A stretch of 64,000 bases of DNA, taken from positions 34,155,171 to 34,219,170 of the forward strand of contig NC_057726.1 of the NCBI RefSeq assembly GCF_004010195.1. The letters are read 5' to 3'. Below are positions 1 through 13,669 of this stretch, piece by piece (position 1 is the stretch's first letter; each line of letters starts with the position of its first letter). Source of the stretch: Chiloscyllium plagiosum (lineage: Eukaryota). The notes below the pieces were generated by a model. That model saw nothing but the letters and a program-made list of their open reading frames with translations, searched no databases and was not told where the DNA came from. The position numbers were made by a program, and so were the translations under genes.

Positions 1-980
1 GAAGTCCCCCATGATCACCGTGACCTTGCCTTTCTGACATGCCTTTTCTATTTCCCGGTACATGTTGCGCCTCTGGTCCTGACCACTGTTAGGAGGTCTG
101 TACATAACTCCCATTATGGTTTTTTTGCCTTTGTGGTTCCTCAATTCCACCCACACAGACTCCACATCATCCGACCCTATGTCATTCAGTGCCATAGATT
201 TAATTTTGTTCTTAACTAACAAGGCCACCCCGCCCCCTCTGCCCACCTCCCTGTCTTTTCGATAAGTTGTAAATCCTTGGATGTTTAACTGCCAGTCCTG
301 AACCCCCTGCACCATGCCTACCACATCATAATCATTCACGATGATCAGTGCCGTTAGTTCATCTACTTTGTTACGAATGCTCCGACCATTCAGGTAAAGT
401 GCCTTAATGCTAACATTCTTATCATTAGAGATATTGGAAATCATAAGATGTCCTAAATTATCCTTCCTTTTTGTTGCATTCCTAATCTGCCTCAAGGTTA
501 AATCCATATGCATACATACTATCCACCTGCTTATCTTTCCATTTAACTCCATACTCCCTGTCGCTTTCACTTTCCCTTCCCCCCAACTCAGAAGTTTAAA
601 GTCCTACTGACCACCCTATTTATCCTCTTCGCTAGAACATTGGTACCAGATCAGTTCGGGTGGAGACCGTCCCAACGGTACAGATCCCCCCGGTTCCAAA
701 ACTGATGCCAATGCCCCATGAAATGGAATCCCTCTTTCCCACACCAATCCCTTAGCCACGTGTTTACTTCCCTAATTTTCTTATCCCTATGCCAATTCGC
801 ACGTGACTCAGGCAGTAATCTGGAGATTATGACCCTTGAGGACCTGTACTTCAATTTCCTTCCTAGTGCTTGATAATCCCCAAACAGGTCCTCCACCCTA
901 GCTTTGCCTATGTTGTTAGTCCCAACGTGGACCACAACAACTGAGTCCTCCCCCTCCCGCTCCAATATCCAACCCATCAT
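1..980 (-). mobile_element. CR1 LINE fragment: ORF1 SGNH esterase plus start of ORF2 APE endonuclease
   Basis: ORF 651..980 has VVVHVGTNN...RWDGLHPN (CR1 ORF1 esterase pattern); minus strand near base 1 reads VIMGDF (APE endonuclease motif). Confidence 0.85.
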
Positions 981-1330
981 GCTCCCCTTCTAACCTATTA
1001 TTATACAATCAGATATTTCTCACCAGAATATTTACTAACTCAAATTGGACCTTTGTCGCTATAGCCTCATCATGTGTGACACTATTAGTATCCTGACAGC
1101 AACAGTGAACACATCTTACTGACATTGCACTCCTTCTCCCTTAAACAAGTCTTCCTGGTAGATCAAGGGCTGCTTGATTTAATGTCCAGCAATATTTAAA
1201 GTATTAGCTTGATAAATACAAAAAGTAACTTTTAAAATTAAAATGTTTTGTTGTCAGACCATTATTTAAACAAAATGACTTTTTCATCAAACTTAATAAT
1301 ACAAGCAAATTGAGCATGATTAATGCTTAC

Positions 1331-1467
1331 TCATTTGCTTTCACCAGAATGTGTTTTGCGTAGTCAACTAGGAAACACTCTGCAAGGTAACTACTTCCAC
1401 TTGATACAAGAGATTCAAGTATTGCCCTGCACCAGCAACGTAGTTCATGGCAGTATATAGCACAAAT
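1331..1467 (-). CDS. TDRD12: TDRD12 coding exon 3 (Tudor domain)
   Basis: ttttttgcag|ATT...GCA AAT GA|gtaagc; 137 nt; ICAIYCHELRCWCRAILESLVSSGSSYLAECFLVDYAKHILVKAN resembles remembered TDRD12 VCVVYCEELKCWCRAIV...YLAECFLVDFAK. Confidence 0.9.
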
Positions 1468-2123
1468 CTGCAAAAAAGACAAATTCATTGGACAATCACA
1501 AGAGGTACAAGTCCTGTCACTGTGCATGGATTACTCATATAGCTATACATTTGGCTGCAGCTCCAACTATTATTATGAATTTTTAAACACAGGCGAAAGT
1601 TTAGGACACTTTTCAGTATTTGCTCAGAAACAGACAAAATACAGTTAGTACATTAGGAAGTTCTTTTTACTATGCTCTATTATACAATCAGTTAGAATGC
1701 ATGTAACTATAAAAAGGTACTTCGAAAAGTAAAGAAACAAATTGGATTTATATTGCATTTCATCACATTCTGATTCCAAAGAATTATTTTTTTCGAAGTC
1801 AGTCACCATTAAGTGGACAAGCAGCAGTCAGGTTATACTGCTCTACAAACAGTAAAGAAGATGAATAACTGGATAAATCAGTTTTAGTAGTAAACAGACT
1901 TTGACTAGGATGCTGTTCTTTAAATAATGCCATGAAATCTATAACATCAAGTTGAGCAGGGAAAGCCTCAACTTCATATCTAGAGATTGTAGTACCCTGT
2001 CAGAGTTTCAGTTCAGTAGTTCAGCATGTCAGCACAGATTATCCAGATGAGTTTTAGAGGCTTAGTCATTGATTTTTACATGCTTAGAAATTTTCTCAGG
2101 CAGAATAGAAAATCCAAATCTAC

Positions 2124-2288
2124 CTGCCCCTGTTCTAGAACCGCAAGTTTAATTTCTTCTGAATCTTCATCTCTTCTGTTGTAGACTTGATTCATCTTTT
2201 CCTCCAATCTTTGATACTGGTTTGCATTTTCAACCAGATCACTGAAACCATTTGTTATTCGCCCCCAGAAACAGCTAGGGTCTTCCAC
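2124..2288 (-). CDS. TDRD12: TDRD12 coding exon 2
   Basis: tgcttag|GTG GAA GAC...GGG CAG|gtagat; 165 nt, phase 0-0; VEDPSCFWGRI...YQRLEEKMNQVYN...LEQGQ resembles TDRD12 IEDPGCFW...YQKLNSAMNDFYN...LEEGQ. Confidence 0.9.
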
Positions 2289-2899
2289 CTAAGCACAAAC
2301 AAGTAATAAACAATATATCATTTGGCTACACAAGTATCAGATGACGACCACTGAAGTTTAATGTGAAGTTTAATTGCTGTACCACCATGAAATCCTTCAC
2401 CGTTACCACTTTGGAGATTGCCATTGACAATGAAATAACTGGAACAGCACATAATCACTGCTTACAAGAGCAGGTCAAGAGAATTGTGCTAAGTAACTCA
2501 ACTAATTCCCCAAAGTCTGCACACTATTTTTAAAGCACAAGTCAGGAGTGTGATGGAAGACTCTTCATTTGCTGTGTTTGAATGCACTTCCAACACTAGA
2601 AAAAGCTCAACATCAAAACCAGCCTGCGTGACCAACATCCCATTCATCACCTTAAATATTTTGGCCCTCAACTGCCACTGCACAGAGGCAACATGTACAA
2701 AATGCACTTTTGCCCTCTGATCTTAGAGGCATCCGCCTTTGGGAAGAGATTGTCACAATTTGCTCTGTTTCTGTCTCTAATAATTTTGTACAACTCAAAT
2801 TTGATATCTATCTCCTGGGTTGCTAATACCTTCTGGGTCTTTGGATTTGTACAACATGGTTCTTTTGTTCCTCAGTAGTCCTTTGTAAATTATCATTCA

Positions 2900-4300
2900 T
2901 TGTGTATATCCTTCCCTTATTGCACTTAACAGGATTAAATTCCACCTGCCATCACTCTGCCTAATTTACCAGCTGATTGATATCAGACCTGAAACCGTCT
3001 GCCTCACTATCAACAAACAATCTTCATGTCATGTCATCTGCAAACTTACTAAGTATACTTTGTACATACACACCGAAGCTGTTAAGGTGCATAAACAGCA
3101 AGAGTCCCATTACCAAATCATGTGGTCACAGGCTTCCAATCACAAAAACAAAACTCCATAATCAACCTGTGCTACCTATTTCAAAGTCAATTTTGGATTT
3201 GTTTGCAAACTTGCCTTGGATCCTATAGGCTTTTACGCTTTGGACGATCTTTGTGGGATATTGTGAAAGGCTGTACTGAAGTCTGTGCAACCTACATAAA
3301 CTGCACTACCTTCATCAATATATTTAGTTACCTTATCAAAACTCAATTCAATTCGCCAGACAGGGTCTGTCTCGAACAAATCCATACTGACAATTCCTGC
3401 CTTTCTAAGTACTGATTTATCCTGTGCTTGAGAATTGTTTTGAATAATTTCCCTGTGACTAACAGGTCTGTAATTACCTACCTATCCTTGCTGCCCTTCT
3501 TGAACAAAGTACAATAGTCATTCTCAAATCAAAAGGCGCTTCATCTGTGGCCAGTGAAGGATTACATATATCCACCAGGGCCCCAGTCATCTCCTCCCTT
3601 GCCTCTCATAGCACTGCAGCGATATACACACCTACATACCTAATATCTCCTTATTAATCTTAACATGGCCCAGAACCAGACCATGCAAATTTAAATCCCA
3701 AACTACTATGTCTTTCTCCCCCGTGAAAATAGATAAGAAATATTTATTCAAGACCTCACCCACAAACATTGGGTCCTCACACAAGTTGCCTCTTTGGTTT
3801 TCTAGAAGATCATACTCTTTCCCTGGTAATCATCTTACTCTTAATACACATCTAAAAAGATTTAGAGTTTTCCTTGATCCCGTTTTCCAAAGATATTTCA
3901 TGGCCCCTCTTTTCCCTCTTAATTTTCTTTTTAAGAAACCTCTTACTTTCTCTTTACTTTTGAAGAGCCTCTACTTTTCTCAAAAAAGTGCTGTTTTGAC
4001 ATATGGTTCCTCTTTTTCCTTTATCAACCTCTCAATATCCTTTGACACGCAGGTTTTCCTGGATTTACTGGCCCTGAATTCTCACTGAATTGCATTTACA
4101 TTACTCCCACTTTCCAAACATAGTTACTTGCCTACAAGTAGCTGCTCCTGGTCTATGTTAAACACTTAATTTCACCTCTTTCGATAATAGATTTTGAAAT
4201 TTAGAGGGAAATGACGAATATCCCAAAATGTTTACCCACTGAAATCTCAACCACTTGATCGTTCCATTTCCTAGGATTAGATCTAGCACAACTCCATTTA
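2900..4300 (-). mobile_element. Degenerate CR1 LINE ORF2 remnant
   Basis: CR1 RT hallmark tcatctgcaaactt (KFADD on minus) near 3034; broken frames; boundaries approximate. Confidence 0.6.
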
Positions 4301-4318
4301 TAGTAGGGCTACCGATAT

Positions 4319-4636
4319 AGATTAGATTTAGATTACATTAGATTACATTACAGTGTGAAATCATGCCTTTCGGCCCAACAAGTCCACACCGACCCGCTGA
4401 AGCGCAACCCACCCATACCCCTACATTTTCCCCTTACCTAACACTACGGGCAATTTAGCATGGCCAATTCACCCAACCTGCACATCTTTGGACTGTGGGT
4501 GAAAACCGGAGCACCCGGAGGAAACCCACGCAGACACGGGGAGAACGTGCAAACTCCACACAGTCAGTCGCCTGAGGCGGTAATTGAACCGGGTCTCTGG
4601 GGCTGTGAGGCAGCAGTGCTATCCACTGTGTCACCC
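4319..4636 (-). mobile_element. HE1-type V-SINE, full length, (AGATT)n tail
   Basis: tRNA-like head, V-domain core gtggagtttgcacgttctccccgtgtctgcgtgggtttcctccggg on minus, microsatellite tail. Confidence 0.85.
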
Positions 4637-4989
4637 ACATATACTGGCAGAAAAAAAACCCATCTTGGATGCACTTTAAAAATTCCAGCCATTATGTATG
4701 GCATGGACTGGTCAGACTGAAGGGTCTGTATACGTGCAGTATGACTCTATGACAAGAAAGGCAGTCCAAAAGCAGCATCCTTTAAAGATCTGATCACTTT
4801 GAACCAGTGAATGGGAGATTCAATTCATATAACCTGACACATTACTCCTGAAGCAGCTGGTCACTGCAGAACTGGGTTATAACAGAAGACTCCCAGGAGG
4901 AGAAGACCACAAAGCTACCCTGATGAGATTAAACTTCCTTTCAATCTCATGGCAGTCCTTGGCTTGTGATTAACAAAAGTAAACAGTTA

Positions 4990-5800
4990 TCAAGTTTTGA
5001 GAATATTTGTAGTTCAGATTAAGGTTCTGGATGTAGGTTTGCTCGCTGAGCTGGAAGGTTCATTTTCAGATGTTTCGTCATTATAACTCGGTAACATCTT
5101 CAGTGAGCCTCTGGATGAGGCACTGATGGTGTAGCCTGCTTTCTATTTATGTGTTATTATTTATCCGTAAATAAGCAGACAAAACATGTCCAGAAACCCT
5201 AGCCACTCTCCTCCACATCAAAGCCATCTCAGAAATGACTGCCAGATTACTCTGACATCATGGTAGCCCACAAACCCACCAACACACTAAAAGAGTAGCT
5301 AATGAACTTGGAAGCCCCTATACAGACAAGCAAAACTAATGTAATTTACAACATACCTTGCAAGAACTGTAACAAACACTACATTGGACAGTAGGGCAGA
5401 AAACTAGCCACCAGGATACATGAACATCAACTAGACACAAAAAGACATGACCCACTCTCACTGGTATCCTTACATATGGATGAGGAAGGACACCACTTCG
5501 ACTGGGACAATAAATTCATCCTAGGACAAGCCAAACACAGATATGCACGAGAATTCCTCAAAGCATGGCATTCTAACTAGAACTCCAACAATAAACAGGA
5601 GACCCCCGAGAAAATGAACAGGAAATGTCATCACCATGGGAAATGACATCACCAACCCAAGGAAACTCAAATACATAGTTAGAAAGCAGGCTACACCACC
5701 AGTGCTTCATCCAGAGGCTCACTGAATACGTTACCTAGTATGGTGGCAAAATGCCCAAAAATGAAGCTTCCAGCTCAGAGAGCAAACCTCCATCCAGAAT
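4990..5800. mobile_element. Penelope-like element remnant with inverted terminal segments and GIY-YIG fragment
   Basis: VIYNIPCKNCNKHYIGQ at ~5341-5391; ~5025-5150 is an inverted copy of ~5670-5800; flanking repeat aacagtta at 4982-4989 and 5802-5809. Confidence 0.8.
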
Positions 5801-5871
5801 GAACAGTTACATTAAAGAGGTAAAGTTGTCCTAGTCCCAGAAGAACAAGGGGCTGCTCTCACATTAGGGAG

Positions 5872-6313
5872 TGTGGTGAAACGGTTAAAAATTATGTCCC
5901 AATACATGTGTGAATCTAACCGGAATGGAGGTGTTGCTTAGTCCCGTGTGCTTCTTATCTGTATGTAACCAGAATGGAATGTGTTTTTTAGCCTTGCTCT
6001 GCTGTTCACATGAATGTTTATATCTGGAAAAGAGTATATCAGCTGGAAAAGTCTCCAGTTCGGTGAGTCTGCTCCGGGGTTACGTTTAACCGCCGAGCGT
6101 GGGTTGTTGGCAACCGCTCTACGAGAACTGACGGCTCCCAGTTCCGGTAACATGTAGAGTGAGTATAAGCCAGACCCGTTGTAAGTATGAGACCTGGTTG
6201 TGGCGACGCTGCGGGGAATAAAATGCTCATATTCTAGCAGACTCGCCTCTTGGTCGTTTGTTCTGTGTCAGACTACTCTCCTACGAACCTGACCTTGAGA
6301 ATTTTTTAAAACA
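5872..6313 (+). mobile_element. Solo LTR (442 bp) with 5-bp TSD
   Basis: TGT...ACA termini; GGGAG at 5867-5871 and 6314-6318; TATAA near 6164 and AATAAA near 6217; CpG-rich. Confidence 0.85.
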
Positions 6314-6351
6314 GGGAGGGAGAAAGACAGAGGGGAAGACAGACAGAAAAG

Positions 6352-6356
<5 letters not shown>

Positions 6357-6409
<53 letters not shown>

Positions 6410-6421
6410 CACACACACACA
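6357..6421. repeat. (GA)n/(CA)n microsatellite
   Basis: Read directly. Confidence 0.95.
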
Positions 6422-8499
6422 TAGATGGACAGAGAGATGGCTGGTGTTGGTGTATACTGGGAGCCATACAGCTCAGGCAAGAGCAAGTCAAGAAGATAGG
6501 ACCTTGATGTTGACTTCAGGCAATACGTGAATTGAACCCATACTGTCGGCATCACAAATCAGCCATCCAAACAACTGAGCTAATAATGCAAAGTTGAGGC
6601 AGAGTGTGTGCATCTCCAAACATGTCATGGCCGTTCCAGCATTACCTGCTCTATATATGACAAATTCAGATAGCACTTTGAACTTAACAAACATTTCCGA
6701 ACCTATTGACCCAAAATGAAAGGAAGGCAATCTCCATCTGACAGATGAAATGAAAAAGCAAACATAGGCCATTCAGCCTATCAACTACATGCCCCCAACT
6801 ACATCACAGCTAAACTGATCCTCTATTCCACTTTCCTCCTTTTCCTAGAACTCTTGATGCCCCTAGTACTCTGTCTATCTCAACCGTGAATATACTTAAT
6901 GACCCAGCTTTGACAGACTGTAGGGTCAAAGAAATGCACAGATTCACTATCCTCAGAGGATTAATTCATTCTTCTGAGTCCTAACCAGCCATCCACTCTG
7001 TCATGCACCCTCCAGGATTCCTATATTCACACAGAGTGTGATGGGTAACTTCACAATCGTCCCTTAATCAACTGTCTTTTGGAAATCCAAACATATTTCA
7101 TCAACTGGTTCTCCTTTATCTATTCTGTTTACATCCTCAAAAGAATTCTGATAAGTTTGTCAGACATAATTTCCAATTCGTGAAGCCATGCTGTTTAATT
7201 ACATAATGTATTTCCAAAGTTGTCCAATCTTTGGACTTCTTGTTGTGCACCAAACCACTAAACATTACCACTAATTAACATCTTGTTAGTGACTATCCCC
7301 TATGCTTGATCAAACATCCTGAGCTGGCTTGCCAATGCATGAACACCTTATGATCAATCTCAGATTGGTTACATATGTGTGTCCTGTTCCTTCTTTAAAA
7401 GTGCGTGTCCTGTCATTTTCTTTAAAAGTGAAAGACATCTTACCTGATGATATTACTTCCTACTATCTCCTGACTTGCTCCTCAAATCTCCCTTTTATAA
7501 CAGTGTGTCCCTATGAGCTTAATAACTTCATAAATCTCTACCAAGATAATGTGCCACCAGCAGAGTAATTTGTCTGATTAAAGTATGAAGTGTGAGCTCC
7601 AAATGATTCAATATTATCCCAAACACCCAAAGAAGTATCTCAAAGAATTCTCAAAAACTCCAAAGCTTTCCAATATCATCTGTTAAAAGAACATGTCCAC
7701 AGTAACTGGTGATTCCTAAAACAAATTGACTAAAATTACTTTCAAAACAGCACTACTAAAATAAAAGCAAATTACTGCGGATACTGGAATCTGAAACCAA
7801 AAAAGAAACTGCTGGAAAATCTCAGCAGGTCTGGCAGCATCTGTAAGGAGAGAAAAGAGCTGACGTTTCGAGTCTAACCGACCCTTTGTCAAAGCTACTC
7901 AGAGCCTGCCTTAGAAATTAACTGAATGTTAAAATGGAACTTAAAATGCATCGCAAGATACATTAAAACACAAAGCTCAAAGTAACCTACAAGAGTAATA
8001 GTTACAAACCACCTTTGAGAAAAAGCCTTTTACATCACAGCATTTTTACATTTGCATCCTAAAGTTCACAGTAGCTTGAGCCATAAAAATACATAAACCC
8101 ATTATCTTACTTTGTACCTGGGCCATATAGCTTTCCTTCCTTATGAAAAGTAGTTTGTAACTAACTCTAATTACACAAAATTTGATTTAACTTCTTACTT
8201 GCTTAATAAAGTCATATATATTTTTAAAAATCCAGCCATCTCATTCAGGACAAGAGATCATTCTAGACAGGAGAACAAAGACAATCCATTGAAATAAAAC
8301 TGATCATTCAAAGGAGTTGATGAAATCAGCTTCTGTGATCGTACTGTAAAATTTCACAAATGAAGTGGAATTTCATGAAGTGCACAATTTTAAATGAACA
8401 AACTTTAAAACAAACTGCAGTCTGATCAAATCAGCTAAAACCAAGTATCAGTTTTTTTATATACAAGGAGATGAAGGCACAAATGTTAGTTATGGTTAC

Positions 8500-8523
8500 C
8501 TTGATGATGAAAATTTCAAACAT
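8500..8523 (-). CDS. TDRD12: TDRD12 first coding exon (MFEIFIIK); exon probably extends to an acceptor at 8566
   Basis: agaagATG TTT GAA ATT TTC ATC ATC AAG|gtaacc; 24 nt, phase 0, joins VEDPSCFW as in remembered human MLQLLVLK|IEDPGCFW; upstream ttctttctttcaaaacag acceptor. Confidence 0.85.
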
Positions 8524-9138
8524 CTTCTGTGTGATGGTACACAATTTTAAATGTGTGCAAATTCTCCTGTTTTGAAAGAAAGAAATTTGTCATATTGTTT
8601 TTCATATTTGTTTTACCCCTTGAAAAATCCGAAATGTAGTTCAACAATGCAAATAAGAAACCAGATAAAGTTATACTGTCAGAGATATTTTGTTTAGTTT
8701 GAGTAAATCATCTTCTTACAGCTTTGGACTTGCCAAACAGAAATTTACAGTTGGTACACATTCAGCTTTATGGCAATTTCACTGGTGCAGCAGGTCTGTA
8801 ACCTTCTCAACAGTTACTTTATACAAAAATTAACTCCATGCTCTGGTGAGGTTTCCAGCTTGCATATTACTTTACTTCCACACCCTCCCTTCACAAAATT
8901 CCAAATGACACAACTGCAGCAAAATCTATTGACCTGTACTAAAATTAGCAGAACAATGGCCAACTAATTGGATACTGTCAAATGGGTAAATTGTTGTACT
9001 TAGTGGCAATCCAATACAGTCATTCCTTAAGGGTTTGCAAATTGCTAAGGATGAAATTGCATTGCAGCAGGTCACCCAAATGTCAACATAATCGAAACAT
9101 TAAGCTTCAGAACAGAAGTCATAATTAAACTGCATAAA

Positions 9139-9682
9139 GTGGCTGAGCAGAGGCTGATAGCTAAGTTTGGTACCCATAGGGAGGGCCTCAACCGGGACCT
9201 TGGGTTCATGTCACATTACAGGTGATCACCATTGCACTACACACACACACACTCACATGCACACAGATACACAGACTCCCACACATGCACCCCCTCACAG
9301 ACTTAAGACACTCTGCACTCACTACACACACACACACACACTTTCTCACACACACAACCCCCACCCCAGACAGACACACACACAGAGACAGCTATCACCA
9401 TTGTTAACAGCTAACCCAAGAATGCAACTTTCAAAAAGAAAGGGTTTTGTGATTTACACATGAAAGAAGTGAAGCTATCACTGTATTCTAACAGATGAAA
9501 AGCTTAACAGACAATCAATTCTTCAATGTATAATTTCAGTTACATCACACTGCAAATTTTTGCTATAAATTCTGTGTTACGATCGAGCCCTCCACAATCA
9601 CCTGATGAAGGAGCGTCGCTCCGAAAGCTAGTGTGCTTCCAATTAAATCTGTTGGACTATAACCTTGTGTTGTGAGATTTTT
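9139..9682 (+). mobile_element. 5'-truncated Penelope-like element 3' end with CA-rich tract and hammerhead core
   Basis: AEQRLIAKFGTHREGLNRDLGFMSHY (PLE ORF C-terminus pattern); TSD aactgcataaa at 9128-9138 and 9683-9693. Confidence 0.8.
9599..9633 (+). ncRNA. Minimal type I hammerhead ribozyme motif
   Basis: CAC-CTGATGA-A-GGAGC gtc GCTCC-GAA-AGCT-A-GTG: core boxes, 5-bp stem II, palindromic AGCT stem III, CAC/GTG stem I. Confidence 0.75.
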
Positions 9683-12600
9683 AACTGCATAAATTTCTGG
9701 TTGCGTTAACTTTTGTTTAACAGGATCATACGTTCAGACATCAGGCTTTTTGACCAATCGTGGCTTTTGTCAGCTCCTTCAGAGAGTTATCCAATTAGTT
9801 ATATTTCCTTGCTTTTCCCAAAGCCCAGTCCTATATATTTTTTGCTTTTCTAGTATATATACAAAAACGTTACTGCTCAGTCTGCTTCCATCATTCTTTC
9901 TGACAGTACATTCCAATATTTTTTTAAAAATTCATCTCTCTTCTGGTTCTTTTAGCAGTTATTTAAAATCTGGACTACCAATTCATCTGCTAGTAGAAAT
10001 AGTCATGAGTATCACTATTAAATCTCTCTGTTATTAACCTCTGTTCCAAGGAAAAAACTTCTTGAGTGTCTCCACATAATTGCAGCCCATCATCTCTGGT
10101 ACTAATCTAGTAATTTGTGCCATTACACACAAAGGAGGCAAACAAGTCTAAAAGTGCAGAGTTACGATGAAAGATTAACAAAAAAATTAGCAGAGGGAAG
10201 TCACAGTTAAATTCAGAGGGATATCTCAGATATCAATGTAGAAATATAAATCCAGAGAATTAATTTAACTTATAAATATAGGAACCTTTTCACAGAAAAA
10301 GTGATACAATACCATGAAATGAACTCCCAGATGGAGTGGTGGCTCGAAAATGTTGGAATACTTTAAAGAACGAATTAAATGCTAAAATCACAAGACTTCA
10401 GAACTCGATTGATCAAATGCCTTTTATGATATAATTTTCTTATGAAATCAACTTCACAACAGTCATAATGCAATACTGTATTCCTAAAAGAAGTACGCTT
10501 TGGTGAAGTATGCAACATTAATGTGAAGGCAAATGATCATTAAACAATTAAAAGCACAAAAAACAAGCTTCCAAAGAATTCATTCATTTAAGCAGCCCCA
10601 TCTCTAAAAACATTCTAATATTGCCTGTTTGCTTGTGCAATCTCATCCAAAGCTATTCTATCTCTAAATATATATTAAAATTGACCCAGATTTCAATAAT
10701 AACAAATGAGAAAACCTCTTAGCTTCACCACTTTACTGCGTTATGTAAATACTGGGACAGAATATAGGCCAAAATAAGGGAGACAGTAGCATAATGGTAA
10801 TGCTATTAAACTCATAATCTAGAGGCCTGACTAATGCTCCAAAGACATGTGTTCAAATGTCACCAGTGAATAAATTCAATTAATAAATAAAATAAATTTG
10901 GAATAAAAAGACAGCCTCAGTGATGACAATCATGAAACTACAGTGATATCTGCTTAACTGATGCTCTTCAGGAAGGAAAATCTGCTGTTCTTAACAAGTA
11001 AGGCCTGTGATTTGAAATTAACCAGAATGCAAATTAACTCTCAACAGCCCTCTAAAGTGGCATAGTAAGTCACTCAGTTGTATCATATTGTTTTGGCCAG
11101 GTCAAATATAAATAAAACTGAATAGACAACCCAGCCATCCACTAGAAATAAAAGGAGGTGTACTCTCTCTGGTCAACTCCAAAATCCTCTGAATATAAGG
11201 GGCTTATGTGAAGATTATGAGAGTCACCCTAAAGCTGAGTCAAGCAGTACCCTGACACAAATATGCAAGTATGAAGATACCTTACAACCAATATCTCAGA
11301 CAAAAGGTGTGGTGCTGGAAAAGCACAGCCAACCAGGGAGCATCCAAAGAGCAGGACGGTCGACATTTTGAGCATAAGCTCTTCATCAGAAATATCTCAT
11401 ATACATCCATCACCCTGCCACAGGCAAACAGAGTTGCAGCACAGTGGCATATAGTTAGGAAGGAGTAAGACTAAGAATTCTCAACATGAACCCCATATTC
11501 AATTAAGTCTCATGGCATCAGACCCAACATGGGCAAGAAACCATGTTGATGATTCGCACCAACCAATCTCCCTCAGCTGATGAATCACTACTCTCCCATG
11601 TTGAACATCATTTAGAAAAAGAAAATTGAGGACACTAAGGATAAAGAAATATACTCCATGCAGGGTCTTCAATATTAAATCACTAGGAGTGGTTCTGATG
11701 AGCTAGACAAGTTCTGACAGAAACTTGCTGGTCTGGGCCAGTGATATTGAATCAATAACACGGAGAAACTATTGACCTCAACCTCACTAATCCACTTATC
11801 GAAGCTGCATCTTTCCATTTGAGTACTGATAGCAATAATGATCTTTGAGTTCTCGTGGAGAAGTTCCTTCTTCTCAGTGGATGTCCTCCATTATTTTCTG
11901 CTGCACTACTAGTGCTTAACGGAACAGATCTTGAACAAGCAGCTCAAAACTGGACATTCATGATGTGCTGTAAGCTATCAGCAACAGAACTGCATTCTCT
12001 CACATTCTGTAACTTCATGGAAATGTGTTGGTGATAGCTTCAATTGAGGCATTATTGAGTGCACTGGCTGTTTCTTTAGACAGCAATAGTATGCATGGAT
12101 ATAGTGAAAAGGTAAGATATTGACATTAGACAAAGGTGTCAGACAATATAATAGAGCCAGTGGCAAGCATGATGGGCCACATGCACAGCAATATCTCAAC
12201 ATATCCCTCACTCCACTATTATCATTAAACCAAGTGATAATCTTGCTTCAGCATGGGAGCAGATGAGAGCCATACTTAAAATTAGATATATGCACATGAA
12301 GTTCCAGCACAGGACTTGCATGCAATGTTAAACAATGGAAGCAGCGTGTTAAAGAGTTAAGTGATTTTCCAAACAACAGATCAGATCCGTGGTACTACTT
12401 TATTCAGACTTGAATACTGGAGGCCATTAAATAATTAATTGAAAAAAATGCCTCAACGAATATCCCCATTCTTAATGCTGGTGGACCTCAACTTATCAGT
12501 ATGGAAGACAAACTGAAGGTGTTGTAAGTGTTTCCATCTTTGTGTGTTAATGGAAGATTCATTGTGATCTTCTTAGGCTCGCAACATCACTATGCCAGTT

Positions 12601-13014
12601 TTCAGACAATTTACTTCAGTCCACATCATATCAAGAAACAGATATACACAATGGATGCAGCAATATTTATGGGCTCTGACAACATTCTGTTGCAAAACTG
12701 AAAACTTGTGGTCCAGACTTAACCATGCTTTTTGCCAAATTATTCTAGTACAACCACATCATGGGAACCTATCCAACAATGTTGCCCAACCCACTAAAAG
12801 AACAAGTCAAATACAACTGAGCTGTAGTCAATGACGATATTAAGGGATACTATAACAACAATCTGATCACCAATATGCAATTTGAAATCTGCCAAGGGCA
12901 CTTGGCTCTAGACCTCAATATAGTCTTGGTCTGAAACAAGATTTTAAAAAAAGCAATTTCTAGATGAGAATGACTGTTTTTGACATCAAGGTAGCATTTG
13001 TTCAAGAATGGCAC

Positions 13015-13565
13015 TGTGATGATGCTGTCACTTTATAAAGATTATTTGTCCTGGGTTTTTTTTAAAAAGAGGTTGTAAAGGTAGAGGCACTGAAGAGGTT
13101 GGGGAGCTGCTTTTTTTAAAAACAGTTTAACAATGGAAGAGGAGTGGTTAGTTCTCCAAGTTCAGGTTCCAGTGTTTTTTAAGCTTAACAGTCACAAGGT
13201 GAGAGAGTACCAGAAGGGTTGCAAGCTTCAGTAAATAGTTCTTTACTGAATTTCTCTGAAATCTCTCTAGATTTTGATCCCTCCTGCCTGTAAGAATCTG
13301 TGTTTGAATTTACCTTTAGTAAGTTAAGTTGCTGTATCGAGTCGGTTATGTTTTCCAATTATTCAGTTAATCTAAATCCCGCTTTCTTTTGTTCATGGTT
13401 CAACTGTAATGCTTAAATAAATTCTATTTTGGTTAAAGCAGAGTGATTTGACCAGTTGCATCACAGCTGGAACAACCACTTCACATCTACCTTTAAACTA
13501 AGAAAAAGTTAAGGTCTAGACTACCTTCTTAAAGTATTTTGAGGGGTCTGGCCTGGTCCATAACA
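13015..13565 (+). mobile_element. Solo LTR (551 bp) related to the LTR at 63053-63675
   Basis: TGT...ACA; near-TSD GCAC/GCAT; AATAAA near 13416; 3' end ttttgaggggtctggcctggtccataaca matches ~63647-63675. Confidence 0.75.
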
Positions 13566-13669
13566 GCATCAAGAAAAAAATGGACATAAAAATGGAAGTT
13601 AATTGGAACCAGACAGAAAAGCTTTCATTGGCTAGAGTCATAGTCATAGTCAGCACAAAGGAAATGAGG

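Noticed and set aside
6258-6555. ERERER / SLSLSL ORFs
   Set aside because: Microsatellite translations; likewise 9167-9463
6520-6585. tRNA-like A/B boxes on the minus strand
   Set aside because: SINE head rather than a tRNA gene; no full cloverleaf, and a related degenerate copy lies near 30130
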